A DNA stretch of 64,000 nt, taken from contig JANNXA010000034.1 in NCBI GenBank assembly GCA_031409275.1, forward strand, positions 128,001 through 192,000, in the 5' to 3' direction. Origin of the DNA: Planctomycetota bacterium (GTDB taxonomy: Bacteria > Planctomycetota > B15-G4 > SIAN01). The notes under the pieces were generated by a model. That model worked only from the letters and a program-made list of their open reading frames with translations, did not search any database and was not told the origin of the DNA. Shown one piece after another: positions 46,057-55,053 of the stretch. The translations under genes and the position numbers were made by a program. Position 1 is the first letter of the stretch. The number at the start of each line of letters is the position of its first letter.

Positions 46057-48999
46057 ATGCGGGCAAAGCCGGCCACCAAGCAACGACCGTCACGCGCAGC
46101 GGTGGCGCGACCGGGTCGGGCCCCGATCCCATGGATCGTCGGGATCGGCGCTTCCACCGGTGGGCTCAAGGCGTTCTCTGAGCTGCTGGCCGCGCTCGAA
46201 CTCGATAACGGCGCTGCCGTCGTCCTCGTGCAGCACCTCGCTCCAACTCACAAGAGCCTGCTCACCCGGCTTCTAAGTGCGAAGACGCAGCTGGCGGTGG
46301 TGGAGGCCGGTGACGGAATGGTGCTGCGCGCCAACCGCGTTGTCGTCATTCCTCCAAGCGCCGAACTGACCGTTGCGAAAGGACGTCTCCATCTCGTCCC
46401 GCGCCGGCGGGGTCCAGGAACGCCGCGGCCGATCGACGTCTTCTTCCAGTCCTTGGCACAGGGGTGCGAGGGCAGATGCATCGCCATCGTGCTTTCGGGT
46501 GCCGGGACCGACGGATCGCAAGGGCTGCGAGCAGTGCGAGCGGCGGGCGGCATCACGATGGCCCAGGATCCGGCGACGGCGGAATGCTCCGACATGCCGG
46601 TCGCCGCGATCGAAACCGGGGCGGTGGACTTCGTGCTCGCACCGGCCGCCATCGGCGTCAAGATCGGCCAGCTCGAGAAGATGTCGCCCGCGGCGATCCA
46701 CCATCTCGCGGGTCGCCGCCGCGACGCGACCGCGCCCGGACTTGATCCGCTTACGGCAATCTTGGAAGCCGTGCGCCGACACTCCGGCGTGGACTTCTCG
46801 CATTACAAGCGCCCGACCGTGCTGCGCCGACTCCAACGCCGCATGCGGGTTCATCAAATCACCACGATCGCAGCCTATTGCAGGCTGCTGGGCGGACGCC
46901 CCGAGGAGGTCGGCGAACTCTTCCGCGACCTGCTGATCCATGTCACCAGCTTCTTCCGCGATCGCCCGGTCTTCGATGCGCTGTCCAGCGAGTTGCTGCC
47001 ACGCCTTCTGGCGCAGCGTGCGGACGACGTCCCGCTGCGCATCTGGGCACCAGGCTGCGCGACTGGTGAAGAGGCCTACTCGCTCGCCATGTGCCTGATC
47101 GAGTCGATGGAGACCGCGAAAAAGACGGTGCCGGTTCGCGTGTTTGCCACTGACGTGAGCGAGTCTGCCATCGAGACGGCGCGTGCAGGTCTCTACCCAC
47201 CGTCGATTGCCGCCGACGTCTCACCGGAGCGGCTCAACCGTTTCTTCACCCGCGTCGACGGCCACTACCGAGTGACGAAGGCGGTGCGCGACCTCTGCAT
47301 CTTCGCGCGACATGACGTCAGCCGCGATCCGCCCTTTTCGCGACTGGACTTGATTCTCTGCCGCAACCTCCTGATCTACCTCGATGCACCGCTACAACGT
47401 CGTCTGCTCACCGCCTTTCACTACTCGCTGAAACCGGGAGGCGTCCTGGTGCTCGGCGCTGCCGAGTCGATCGGAGCGCAGACCGGGGAGTTCGGCCTCG
47501 TCGATGCGTTGCACCGCATCTTCGTTCGCAAGCCGTCCGACGCGGTGGTCGTCGCCTCGATGCGGTGGCCGCCGCCCATTTCGCCGCTCACGCTGCTTAC
47601 GCCGCTCAATCCGCTCACGCCGGCGGACGCATGCGAAGTCCCCGGGCTGAGTGAACGCGCAGACGCGTTGATCCTTGCGCGCTTCGCACCCGCGGGAGCG
47701 ATCGTCGATGCCGATGGACGGATCGTCAACTTCCGCGGCGCAACCGGGAACTACCTTGAAGCGCCGTCCGGCGAAGTCACGCTGGATCTGCTGAAGATGG
47801 TGCGCAGCGGGCTGCTGCGCGGGACTCGGGACGCGCTGCTCGAGGCGCGCCGCACCGGGCTAGCCGCCGAGCGTTCGGCGCTGCTTGTCGAGAAGAGGTG
47901 TCGGGTCAAGGTGGTGGTGCTGCCGATGGCACCGCCCGGGCCCAACTGCCACCGTCTCGTTCTGTTCGAAGACGGCGCGATCGATTCCAAGGCGTCTGGG
48001 CGGCGGAAGCTGGCCGCATCGGAGCTGCGCCGCGTTGTCGGATCGACCGAGCTCATTTCGCAGCTGCGAAACGAGCTTGCGGCGAGCCGCGACTATCTGC
48101 AGACGATCCAGAACGACTTCGAGGCGGCACACGAGGAGCTGCAGTCGGCGAACGAGGAGATCCTCTCCAACAACGAAGAGCTGCAGAGCGCCAACGAGGA
48201 GCTCGACACCGCGAAGGAGCAGACGCAGTCCTCGAACGAGGAGCTGCGTTCCGCCAACAATGAGCTGCGCGCTCGTGTCGATGAACTCACGCGCTCCGGT
48301 CGCGACCTGATCGACCTGGTCGCGTGCGGTTCGACGGCGGCGTTCGTGGTGGATGCCGAACTGCGCGTGATTTGCTTCACGCCGAGCGCAAAGGAGCTGC
48401 TCGACCTGGTGCCGGCCAACGTCGGCCAGGCTCTCGTCGCGGTCGTCGCGTCGCTTGCACTGCCGGAACTCGAGTCCCGGTTGCTCGCGGTCATCGACGG
48501 CGGCGCCCCGTTCGTTGGCAGTGTGCGTGACGCGAAGGGGCGCCCCTTCACGCTGCACCTCCAGCCGCGCCTCGACCCGAATGGGGAGATCACAGGAGCC
48601 ATCATGATCCTGGCGGGAACGTCTCTCGCGATCCACGACGGCTCCCGACTTCCAGCGCCGCAGACGCTGGTCGACCGGTTGTTTGCCATGTCGCGCGAGC
48701 CGCTCGCCCTGCTCGATGGCGATCTCCGCCTTCTGCGATTCAACGCGGCGTTCGTCGCGGCGCTGAAGTTGCCACCGCTCGATGTCGCGTCGCCGCTCGC
48801 GGCGCGTCTCGCCGATGGCACGGCACGAAAGCAACTCGGCGAACTGCTCCAAGCGGATGCGCCGAGCGGGACCGCTGACATCACGTTGGACGCTGCGTCG
48901 GGCGAAGAGAGCGTCCTATTGCGCGCCACGCGCTTCAGAGCCGACGACGCCTCCCCGAACCTGCTCCTCGAACTCGCGAGAGCCGGTGGCGCTTCGTGA
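46057..48999 (+). CDS. CheB methylesterase-CheR methyltransferase fusion with coiled coil and PAS domains
   Basis: CheB GIGASTGG/VQHL/SGAGTDG. CheR VTSFFRD, RIWAPGCATGEEAYS, DLILCRNLLIY. EELQSANEE heptads. Confidence 0.93.
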   Translation: MRAKPATKQRPSRAAVARPGRAPIPWIVGIGASTGGLKAFSELLAALELDNGAAVVLVQHLAPTHKSLLTRLLSAKTQLAVVEAGDGMVLRANRVVVIPPSAELTVAKGRLHLVPRRRGPGTPRPIDVFFQSLAQGCEGRCIAIVLSGAGTDGSQGLRAVRAAGGITMAQDPATAECSDMPVAAIETGAVDFVLAPAAIGVKIGQLEKMSPAAIHHLAGRRRDATAPGLDPLTAILEAVRRHSGVDFSHYKRPTVLRRLQRRMRVHQITTIAAYCRLLGGRPEEVGELFRDLLIHVTSFFRDRPVFDALSSELLPRLLAQRADDVPLRIWAPGCATGEEAYSLAMCLIESMETAKKTVPVRVFATDVSESAIETARAGLYPPSIAADVSPERLNRFFTRVDGHYRVTKAVRDLCIFARHDVSRDPPFSRLDLILCRNLLIYLDAPLQRRLLTAFHYSLKPGGVLVLGAAESIGAQTGEFGLVDALHRIFVRKPSDAVVVASMRWPPPISPLTLLTPLNPLTPADACEVPGLSERADALILARFAPAGAIVDADGRIVNFRGATGNYLEAPSGEVTLDLLKMVRSGLLRGTRDALLEARRTGLAAERSALLVEKRCRVKVVVLPMAPPGPNCHRLVLFEDGAIDSKASGRRKLAASELRRVVGSTELISQLRNELAASRDYLQTIQNDFEAAHEELQSANEEILSNNEELQSANEELDTAKEQTQSSNEELRSANNELRARVDELTRSGRDLIDLVACGSTAAFVVDAELRVICFTPSAKELLDLVPANVGQALVAVVASLALPELESRLLAVIDGGAPFVGSVRDAKGRPFTLHLQPRLDPNGEITGAIMILAGTSLAIHDGSRLPAPQTLVDRLFAMSREPLALLDGDLRLLRFNAAFVAALKLPPLDVASPLAARLADGTARKQLGELLQADAPSGTADITLDAASGEESVLLRATRFRADDASPNLLLELARAGGAS

Positions 49000-50648
49000 A
49001 AAAATCAACCGGCCGCACAAAGACGCGTCCCGCCATCGCAAGGCTGGATCAGGTGAAGAACGACTGCGAGCTCGACGATCTGCAAGTGCACCACGAGGAG
49101 CTTCAGACGCAGAACGAGCAGCTCGTCGAGGCGCAGCAAGCGCTCGAACTGAGCCGTTTGCGCTACCACGAATTGTTCGACCTGGCGCCAGTCGGCTATT
49201 CGACGCTCTCCAGCGTGGGCACGATCGAAGAGGTGAATCTCGCGCTCGTCCGACTGCTCGGCCGCGAGCGGCATCAGCTGGTGCGACGGTCGCTCCGGAC
49301 CTTCGTTGCACCAGACCATCGCCGGCGTTTCCTGGCGCACCTCGCGGACTGCGGTTCCGACGAACGCATGCACTGCGTCGACCTCGATCTGCTGGCCGGC
49401 GACGGCGAGAACGTCCCGGTTCGCCTCATCACGCAAGCGATTCAGCCCGGCTCGTTGTGGACGGTGATCACCGACCAGCGCGAGCAGGTGTCGATGCGGG
49501 CGGAACGAACTCTCGCTGAGAAGCGCGAGGCGGTCGCGGCGGCGACGATCGACTCCAAGGACCGTTTCCTCGCCATCCTCAGCCATGAACTGCGCACGCC
49601 GCTGACGCCGATCCTCGCGGCGGTCACGAGCCTCATGGACCTCGCCGAGCTGCCGACCTCGTTGCGCCCGCTCCTCGATGTGGTGTGTCGCAACGTGCGC
49701 GTCGAGGCGAGGCTGATCGACGACCTTCTCGACCTGACGAGTTTCGAGCACCAGAAACTCAGTCTCGAAGTCGAGTCGGTGAACGTCCACGACGTCGCTC
49801 GAGACGTCGCGGCCGCACCCGGTGAGCCGGGTTCCGGCGAGCATTCAGTGCAACTTGAGTTGAACGCGACGATGGCTTACGTCGCGGCCGACCGAATGCG
49901 CCTGCGGCAGGTGCTGTCGAATCTGCTCAGCAACGCACGGCGCTATTCGCCGAAGGGCGGCAACGTCGTGATCAGGACGAGCGATGTCTCGACCGGCTTC
50001 CTCGAGTTCTCGGTCGAGGACAATGGCATCGGCATCGATCGCTCGCTCCTCGTCCACATGTTCGAGCCGTTCGTGCAGCTGACGAAGCGCCGGCCAGGAT
50101 TGCGCGGTCTTGGCCTCGGGCTCGCGATCTGCCGCGGAATCGTCGTGACACATGGCGGCCAGATCGAGGCGCACAGCGACGGCCTCGGCAAGGGAACACG
50201 CATCGTCGTGCGATGGCCGACGGCTTCACGAGTCGCGGCGACGCCGCCACCCGTCGAGTCGCCAAAGGAAACTGCGCGGCCGCTGCGCATCCTCCTGGTC
50301 GAGGACGACGAGGATTGCGGGATCTCGCTCGCATTCCTCCTGCGACAAGCCGGCCATTCGGTCGAAGTGGCATCTTCATGCGCACAAGCGCGTGTGGTGT
50401 GTGTTCCGCCGCCGGACCTCATCATCAGCGACCTCGACTTGCCCGACGGAAACGGCTACGACCTGCTCGTCGAGCTGCGACAAGGGCGACCGTTGCCTGC
50501 GCTCGCACTTTCCGGATTCGGCGCTGCCGAGGATCGACGCAGGAGCCTGGCGGCCGGGTTCGAGGAGCATCTCATCAAGCCGATCGAGCGCAGCGCTCTG
50601 CTCGCCGCCGTAGCCAGTTCCGTGCAACGCAGTGGCGTGCTGGTCTGA
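48996..50648 (+). CDS. PAS-domain hybrid sensor histidine kinase with C-terminal receiver
   Basis: LSHELRTPL, NLLSNARRY, DNGIGI, GLGLGLAI. REC LLVEDD...ISDLDLPDGNG...HLIKP. Confidence 0.95.
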   Translation: MKKSTGRTKTRPAIARLDQVKNDCELDDLQVHHEELQTQNEQLVEAQQALELSRLRYHELFDLAPVGYSTLSSVGTIEEVNLALVRLLGRERHQLVRRSLRTFVAPDHRRRFLAHLADCGSDERMHCVDLDLLAGDGENVPVRLITQAIQPGSLWTVITDQREQVSMRAERTLAEKREAVAAATIDSKDRFLAILSHELRTPLTPILAAVTSLMDLAELPTSLRPLLDVVCRNVRVEARLIDDLLDLTSFEHQKLSLEVESVNVHDVARDVAAAPGEPGSGEHSVQLELNATMAYVAADRMRLRQVLSNLLSNARRYSPKGGNVVIRTSDVSTGFLEFSVEDNGIGIDRSLLVHMFEPFVQLTKRRPGLRGLGLGLAICRGIVVTHGGQIEAHSDGLGKGTRIVVRWPTASRVAATPPPVESPKETARPLRILLVEDDEDCGISLAFLLRQAGHSVEVASSCAQARVVCVPPPDLIISDLDLPDGNGYDLLVELRQGRPLPALALSGFGAAEDRRRSLAAGFEEHLIKPIERSALLAAVASSVQRSGVLV

Positions 50649-50664
50649 CGGTCGCCGTACTCGT

Positions 50665-51066
50665 TCAGCGGCCACGCGGGCGTTTCTTGGCGGCTTGATC
50701 CATGCCGATGGCGATCTGCGCCACCTGGGCCGCCTTTCGCTCCTCGACCGATCGTTCGGCCGAAGGCTGGTGAGCGACGGTGGAAGACGGCTCCATCGGA
50801 AAGACCGACGGAGCGGGCGGTGGAGTCGCTTCGGGGGAGCGAGTGCGGCGCTTTGCGAGCGGCCGCGCTTCGGCGGTGTGTCCGCCGCCGGCCGCTTCCA
50901 TCTCTCCCCGACCATCGCCGACTCCATCGGCGTTGGCACCGGACTTTTCGGTCAGAAGCCGGTCCGGTTCGTTGCGTTTCGGATCGAGCGTCGGCAGGTG
51001 CCGATTCGGATCGACCGCGGGCGCACGCATGCGGGGTCGCGGGGCATTCGGGGATGGAGGGTTCAT
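50665..51066 (-). CDS. Hypothetical Pro-rich protein
   Basis: AAGGA before ATG. Co-oriented with the PRC-barrel genes. No motif. Confidence 0.4.
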   Translation of the reverse strand: MNPPSPNAPRPRMRAPAVDPNRHLPTLDPKRNEPDRLLTEKSGANADGVGDGRGEMEAAGGGHTAEARPLAKRRTRSPEATPPPAPSVFPMEPSSTVAHQPSAERSVEERKAAQVAQIAIGMDQAAKKRPRGR

Positions 51067-51162
51067 GAATTCCTTGCGATGGCGGTGGTCGTCGCATTGC
51101 GGACGGGCACGGCTCCCCGCCCGGCGCCGAGTGCGGCGACGGGCGGGCAGCCGAGAACGATT

Positions 51163-52029
51163 TCAGCGCGGCAAGGTGGCCAGTGGGTCCGACCCTTCGG
51201 AACCGACCCACCACGGCTGCCGTCCGTAGTAGCGGTGCACGTCCGTGCCCCAGGTGCGATCGGCGAAGTTCGGCCAGTGGTGCTTGTCGAAACCGGGCGC
51301 TTCCGCGAGGCGCTGCTTGGCGACGTCGAGGATCAGCGTCTGACGTCCATCCACTGCGGTCGATGTCAGCGAGGACCACGGCAGTGCGAACAGCTTGTCG
51401 CCCATGCCAAGGAAACCACCGAACGAAAGAACCGCGTAGACGATGCGATCGGAGCCATCCTCGATCGCGAGGTCGGTCAACGTGCCGACCACGGCACCCG
51501 ACGGATCGGCGACATCGGCGCCAATGACGTTGGAAGCGCGCTCGAGGCCGCGGGCGTGCATGATCTCGGGGTCGAGTTCGACCGAGCCGACCGGTCCGAC
51601 GGTCCGGTTCAGGGTGCTCGGCGAAGTGGCGCGGTAATGGGAGTTCACCGACTCGGTGTACTTGCGGTCGAACTGAGGCCAGGAGCCCGGCGCGAAGCTA
51701 GGCGCCCCTTCGAGCTCGACACGCGAAAGGTCGGAGACGACGAATTCCGAGTCCGACGTGCGCTTCAGGCGGGAGAGCGGTACGGCGAAGTGCTTCTCGC
51801 CGATGCCGAGGAATCCGCCGAAGGAGAGCACGGCCGATGCGAGGTAGCCGGCGCGCTCATCGACGATGAGTTCCTCGATGGCGCCGATCTTGTCGCCCTT
51901 CGCGTCGCGAACGTCGCATTTCAACAGCTGCGTGGCGCGGCGAACGCGATGCAATGTCGTGCGCGGGGTGGCGGTGGACCCGAGAGGGGTGGAGCCGGCG
52001 AGCGGCGCCGACGGGTAGGGTGGGTTCAT
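51163..52029 (-). CDS. Double PRC-barrel domain protein (no signal peptide)
   Basis: Two repeats DVxDxxG..IGxIxxL.....G....AVLSFGGFLGxGxKxFAxP...APxF. Confidence 0.9.
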   Translation of the reverse strand: MNPPYPSAPLAGSTPLGSTATPRTTLHRVRRATQLLKCDVRDAKGDKIGAIEELIVDERAGYLASAVLSFGGFLGIGEKHFAVPLSRLKRTSDSEFVVSDLSRVELEGAPSFAPGSWPQFDRKYTESVNSHYRATSPSTLNRTVGPVGSVELDPEIMHARGLERASNVIGADVADPSGAVVGTLTDLAIEDGSDRIVYAVLSFGGFLGMGDKLFALPWSSLTSTAVDGRQTLILDVAKQRLAEAPGFDKHHWPNFADRTWGTDVHRYYGRQPWWVGSEGSDPLATLPR

Positions 52030-52133
52030 GTGTTGTCTTCCATCGGGAGCGCGCGAGGGCACGCTCGGTGAATCGTGACGCGTACCTCGCGGCGGCCAGT
52101 CAGCCGCCGCGAGGACGCGTCACGATGGATAAA

Positions 52134-53075
52134 TCAGCGGCCTGCGCTCGGCGGGTTGGTCTTCGCCTTGGGATCAATCCAATAGGGGTCCTGACCGTAG
52201 TAGCTGTGGATCTCGATCCCCCAGCGAGGATCCGCCATGTCCGGCCAGTGCTTCTGATCGAAGCCTGGGGCTGCCTTCAAGCGGTCCTTCGAGACGTCGA
52301 GGACCAACCGATCCTCGTTCTTCATCGACTGCTTCATCGCCTTCCATGGGATGGCGAAGTACTTGTCGCCCATGCCGAGGAAGCCGCCGAATGAAAGGAC
52401 GGTGTAGACGATCCGGCCGGTGCCGTCGTCGATGACCAGCTCCTGCACGTCGCCAAGCGACTTGCCGTCGGTGTCTTCGACCGAGCTGCCGATCACCTTC
52501 GAAGCGCGACGCATGCCGCGCGCTCGAAGATGGTCCTTGTCGAGGGCGTCCTTGGTGATGCGAGTGGCATCCTGGTGCGGGACTCCGCTCGCAGCCAGCC
52601 AATACGGCGTCGCCTTGTAGTAGGTGTGGACCGTCTCGCCGTACGTGCGATCGAACGTCGGCCAGTTGTCGGAAGCGAATGCGGGCGCCTTCTCGAGCGT
52701 CGCCTTGGTGATGTCGGCGACCACACAATGTTCGTCGTCGGTGCGCACGACGTTGGCGAACGGGATCGCGAACAGCTTCTCATCGAAGCCGAGGAAACCG
52801 CCGAAGGACAACACCGCGTAGGCGATATACCCCTCGTCCTCGTCGATGATGAGGGCCTCGACTTCACCGATCTTGCCACCCTTGGCGTCCATGACGTCGC
52901 AGTCAAGGAGTTTCGTGACGCGGCACACGCGGCCGCGCACGACTTCCTTCGCAGGGGCCGGGATGGAAGGCTTGTCCTGGCTCTTCGCGGGAGCCACGCC
53001 GTCCTGAGCGAACGCGGAGTTCGCGAACGTCAGGAGTGTCACCGCAATCGATGCGGCATTTCGATGCAAGGTCAT
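52134..53075 (-). CDS. Double PRC-barrel domain protein with signal peptide
   Basis: Signal peptide ending AFA-Q. Two YxVLSFGGFLG repeats. Confidence 0.92.
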   Translation of the reverse strand: MTLHRNAASIAVTLLTFANSAFAQDGVAPAKSQDKPSIPAPAKEVVRGRVCRVTKLLDCDVMDAKGGKIGEVEALIIDEDEGYIAYAVLSFGGFLGFDEKLFAIPFANVVRTDDEHCVVADITKATLEKAPAFASDNWPTFDRTYGETVHTYYKATPYWLAASGVPHQDATRITKDALDKDHLRARGMRRASKVIGSSVEDTDGKSLGDVQELVIDDGTGRIVYTVLSFGGFLGMGDKYFAIPWKAMKQSMKNEDRLVLDVSKDRLKAAPGFDQKHWPDMADPRWGIEIHSYYGQDPYWIDPKAKTNPPSAGR

Positions 53076-53137
53076 TTACTTCTCCGAGGAGTGTCAAATT
53101 CGCTGCGAGACGAAGCTCGCGACGCAGGGGAGCAAGC

Positions 53138-53152
53138 GCAACCGTCATGCCG
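53138..53152 (-). promoter_or_regulatory. sigma54 promoter (PRC-barrel genes)
   Basis: CGGCATG-ACGG-TTGC. Confidence 0.7.
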
Positions 53153-53334
53153 CCGTCCGGCGCTGTCGCTCCCTGCGGGCGCGCGCGATCGCCGCTGGCG
53201 ATCGCGTCGATTGCTACAACCGTTGCAAACGCCCGTTCCCCCGGTCGTCGAGCGCCGCACGTTGAATCGAAACGTGGTGCCGCGAGCGGTGATGCGCCCG
53301 AGACTGGCGCGACCCGCTCGATCCGGCGCGGTGG

Positions 53335-54198
53335 TCAGCGGTCGAGCAGGTGAGTCACCGCCACTGGCACAGTGACCGGCGTGGCATTGAAGTCGGTGAG
53401 CCGATAGTTCATCGCGAAATCGAGCAGCTCGGCGGCCTCCGGCGCCAGACGAGTCGTCGCTTCCTGTGAGAAGCCCGGCCGCAGCGGGGCGATGATCAGC
53501 TCAGCGACGGCGCCGTCACGCACGACGATGCGCACGCGCAGCGAAATCGCGCCTGCCGTCGCGCGCGGGTCGGCGCCTGACGGCAGCTCGCAGTCCCAGG
53601 CGAGAGCTCCGGCATTGTCGCCATTCGTGATGCGCGTCGCGCTCGTGATGCGCGTCGCGCTGTGGTCGAGGATCTGGTGAGGGGCGAGGAATCGGACGAA
53701 ATAGGGCAGCGCCGCAAGTGGCGGCGCCCCCGACGCGAGCGGCTCCGCGGGCCGCGCCGCGTTGCGCAGCAGTTGCCAGTCGTCGCCGCCTTGCAGGCGG
53801 AAGACGAGTCGCCCACGCGCGCGGAACGCCTCCACGCCGGCGCCGGTGATCTGGAGCGGCAGGGGGCGGGCGGAGCGGCCTTCGAGCTCGAAGGTGGCGG
53901 CCTTCGCCGACGTGCTCCACGCCGCGGGGGCGGTACCGGCCAGGAGGAAGCGGTAACTCTCGAGCTCGTCGAAGGCGATCAGCGCGGCGCGCAACTCCGC
54001 ATCGATCGCGAGGCGAGCGTTCGGATCGATGACGCGCGGCGTCTCCAGTGGTGGCTTCTGGGGTGTCGTTTGCGGAGTTTGGGGCGGCGTGTTCTGCAAA
54101 CTGGTGCGCCACGGTCGGTGGCCGAACGATCGTGCCGTCGGCGAGAACGTGCTGGACGGCAGGATCACGAGCAGGAGCAGCAGGGCAGCGATCAACAT
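53335..54198 (-). CDS. Hypothetical exported protein
   Basis: Hydrophobic N-terminus MLIAALLLLLVIL and a TPPQ-rich linker. Confidence 0.6.
   Translation of the reverse strand: MLIAALLLLLVILPSSTFSPTARSFGHRPWRTSLQNTPPQTPQTTPQKPPLETPRVIDPNARLAIDAELRAALIAFDELESYRFLLAGTAPAAWSTSAKAATFELEGRSARPLPLQITGAGVEAFRARGRLVFRLQGGDDWQLLRNAARPAEPLASGAPPLAALPYFVRFLAPHQILDHSATRITSATRITNGDNAGALAWDCELPSGADPRATAGAISLRVRIVVRDGAVAELIIAPLRPGFSQEATTRLAPEAAELLDFAMNYRLTDFNATPVTVPVAVTHLLDR
53625..53660. repeat. Perfect 18-bp tandem duplication
   Basis: TCGTGATGCGCGTCGCGC x2, encoding SATRIT-SATRIT on the minus strand. Confidence 0.9.
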
Positions 54199-54267
54199 GG
54201 GCGAGCCTCGGTCGGTGGCGCGGTGGCGGCGGGACGCCACGACCGAACGCCACGCCCACCGACCTTG

Positions 54268-54282
54268 GCAAGACGCATGCCG
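54268..54282 (-). promoter_or_regulatory. sigma54 promoter
   Basis: CGGCATG-CGTC-TTGC. Confidence 0.65.
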
Positions 54283-54285
54283 CCG

Positions 54286-55053
54286 TTACGGCGCGTCCGG
54301 AAAGTCGATCCTCATGCGCCCGTCGAGTCCGAGCGTGCCGACGAGCGAGAGCTCGCCGTCGCGGGTTCGGATCAGCTCGCGCGCGAGACGCAAGGCGAGG
54401 CGATGGGGGCGCGGGATCGCGCACGTGCCAGAAGCAGGCAGCGCTTCGAAGTCGATCGGAGCCAAGGGCTCCGACGCGGGGTCGGAAAAGCCGAGATCGA
54501 GGTGGACGCCGCCGGCGTCGCTGGTCGTCACGACCGCGGCCGTTGCGTGCTCCCGCGTCGCCAGGACCTTGTCCAGCATCAAGTAGGCGCGCCACGCGAA
54601 CCCAACCACGGTCGGGTCGATCTGCACGCGGTCGCTGCGAAGCGGGCCCTTCGCGCGCGACGGCGCGTTGCGTCGTGGCACCCATTCGCCCTCGAGTTCG
54701 GCGACGATGGTCTGCAGCAGCGCGTTCGGCTCGATGGCACTGGTTCCCGGACTCGACGCGGCTACCAGCGTCGCATCGAGGAGCAGCTGCAGCATTTCCG
54801 CGGTCTGCATTGCCTGGCTGCGGATCCGCGCGAGAAGATCGCGGCGCGCTTCGCCAGAGATCGACGGGGCTTCCTCGAGCACGGAGGCGCAGGTGACGAT
54901 CGTGGAGAGGGGCGTCCGCAGGTCGTGTCCAAGCGACATGCGAACCTGCTCCATGAACGCGCGCAGCTGCGTGCGGCGGTCGGGGATCGGCGCCAAGGCT
55001 TTGAGCAACTGCGGGCTCCGTGGTGCGTTGGTGTGCCGATCGCGGGGCTTCAA
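54286..55053 (-). CDS. HisKA (DHp) protein with degenerate ATPase domain
   Basis: H-box LGHDLRTPLSTI. No N-box Asn, DxGxG or GxGLG visible. Overlaps the activator stop. Confidence 0.7.
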   Translation of the reverse strand: MKPRDRHTNAPRSPQLLKALAPIPDRRTQLRAFMEQVRMSLGHDLRTPLSTIVTCASVLEEAPSISGEARRDLLARIRSQAMQTAEMLQLLLDATLVAASSPGTSAIEPNALLQTIVAELEGEWVPRRNAPSRAKGPLRSDRVQIDPTVVGFAWRAYLMLDKVLATREHATAAVVTTSDAGGVHLDLGFSDPASEPLAPIDFEALPASGTCAIPRPHRLALRLARELIRTRDGELSLVGTLGLDGRMRIDFPDAP

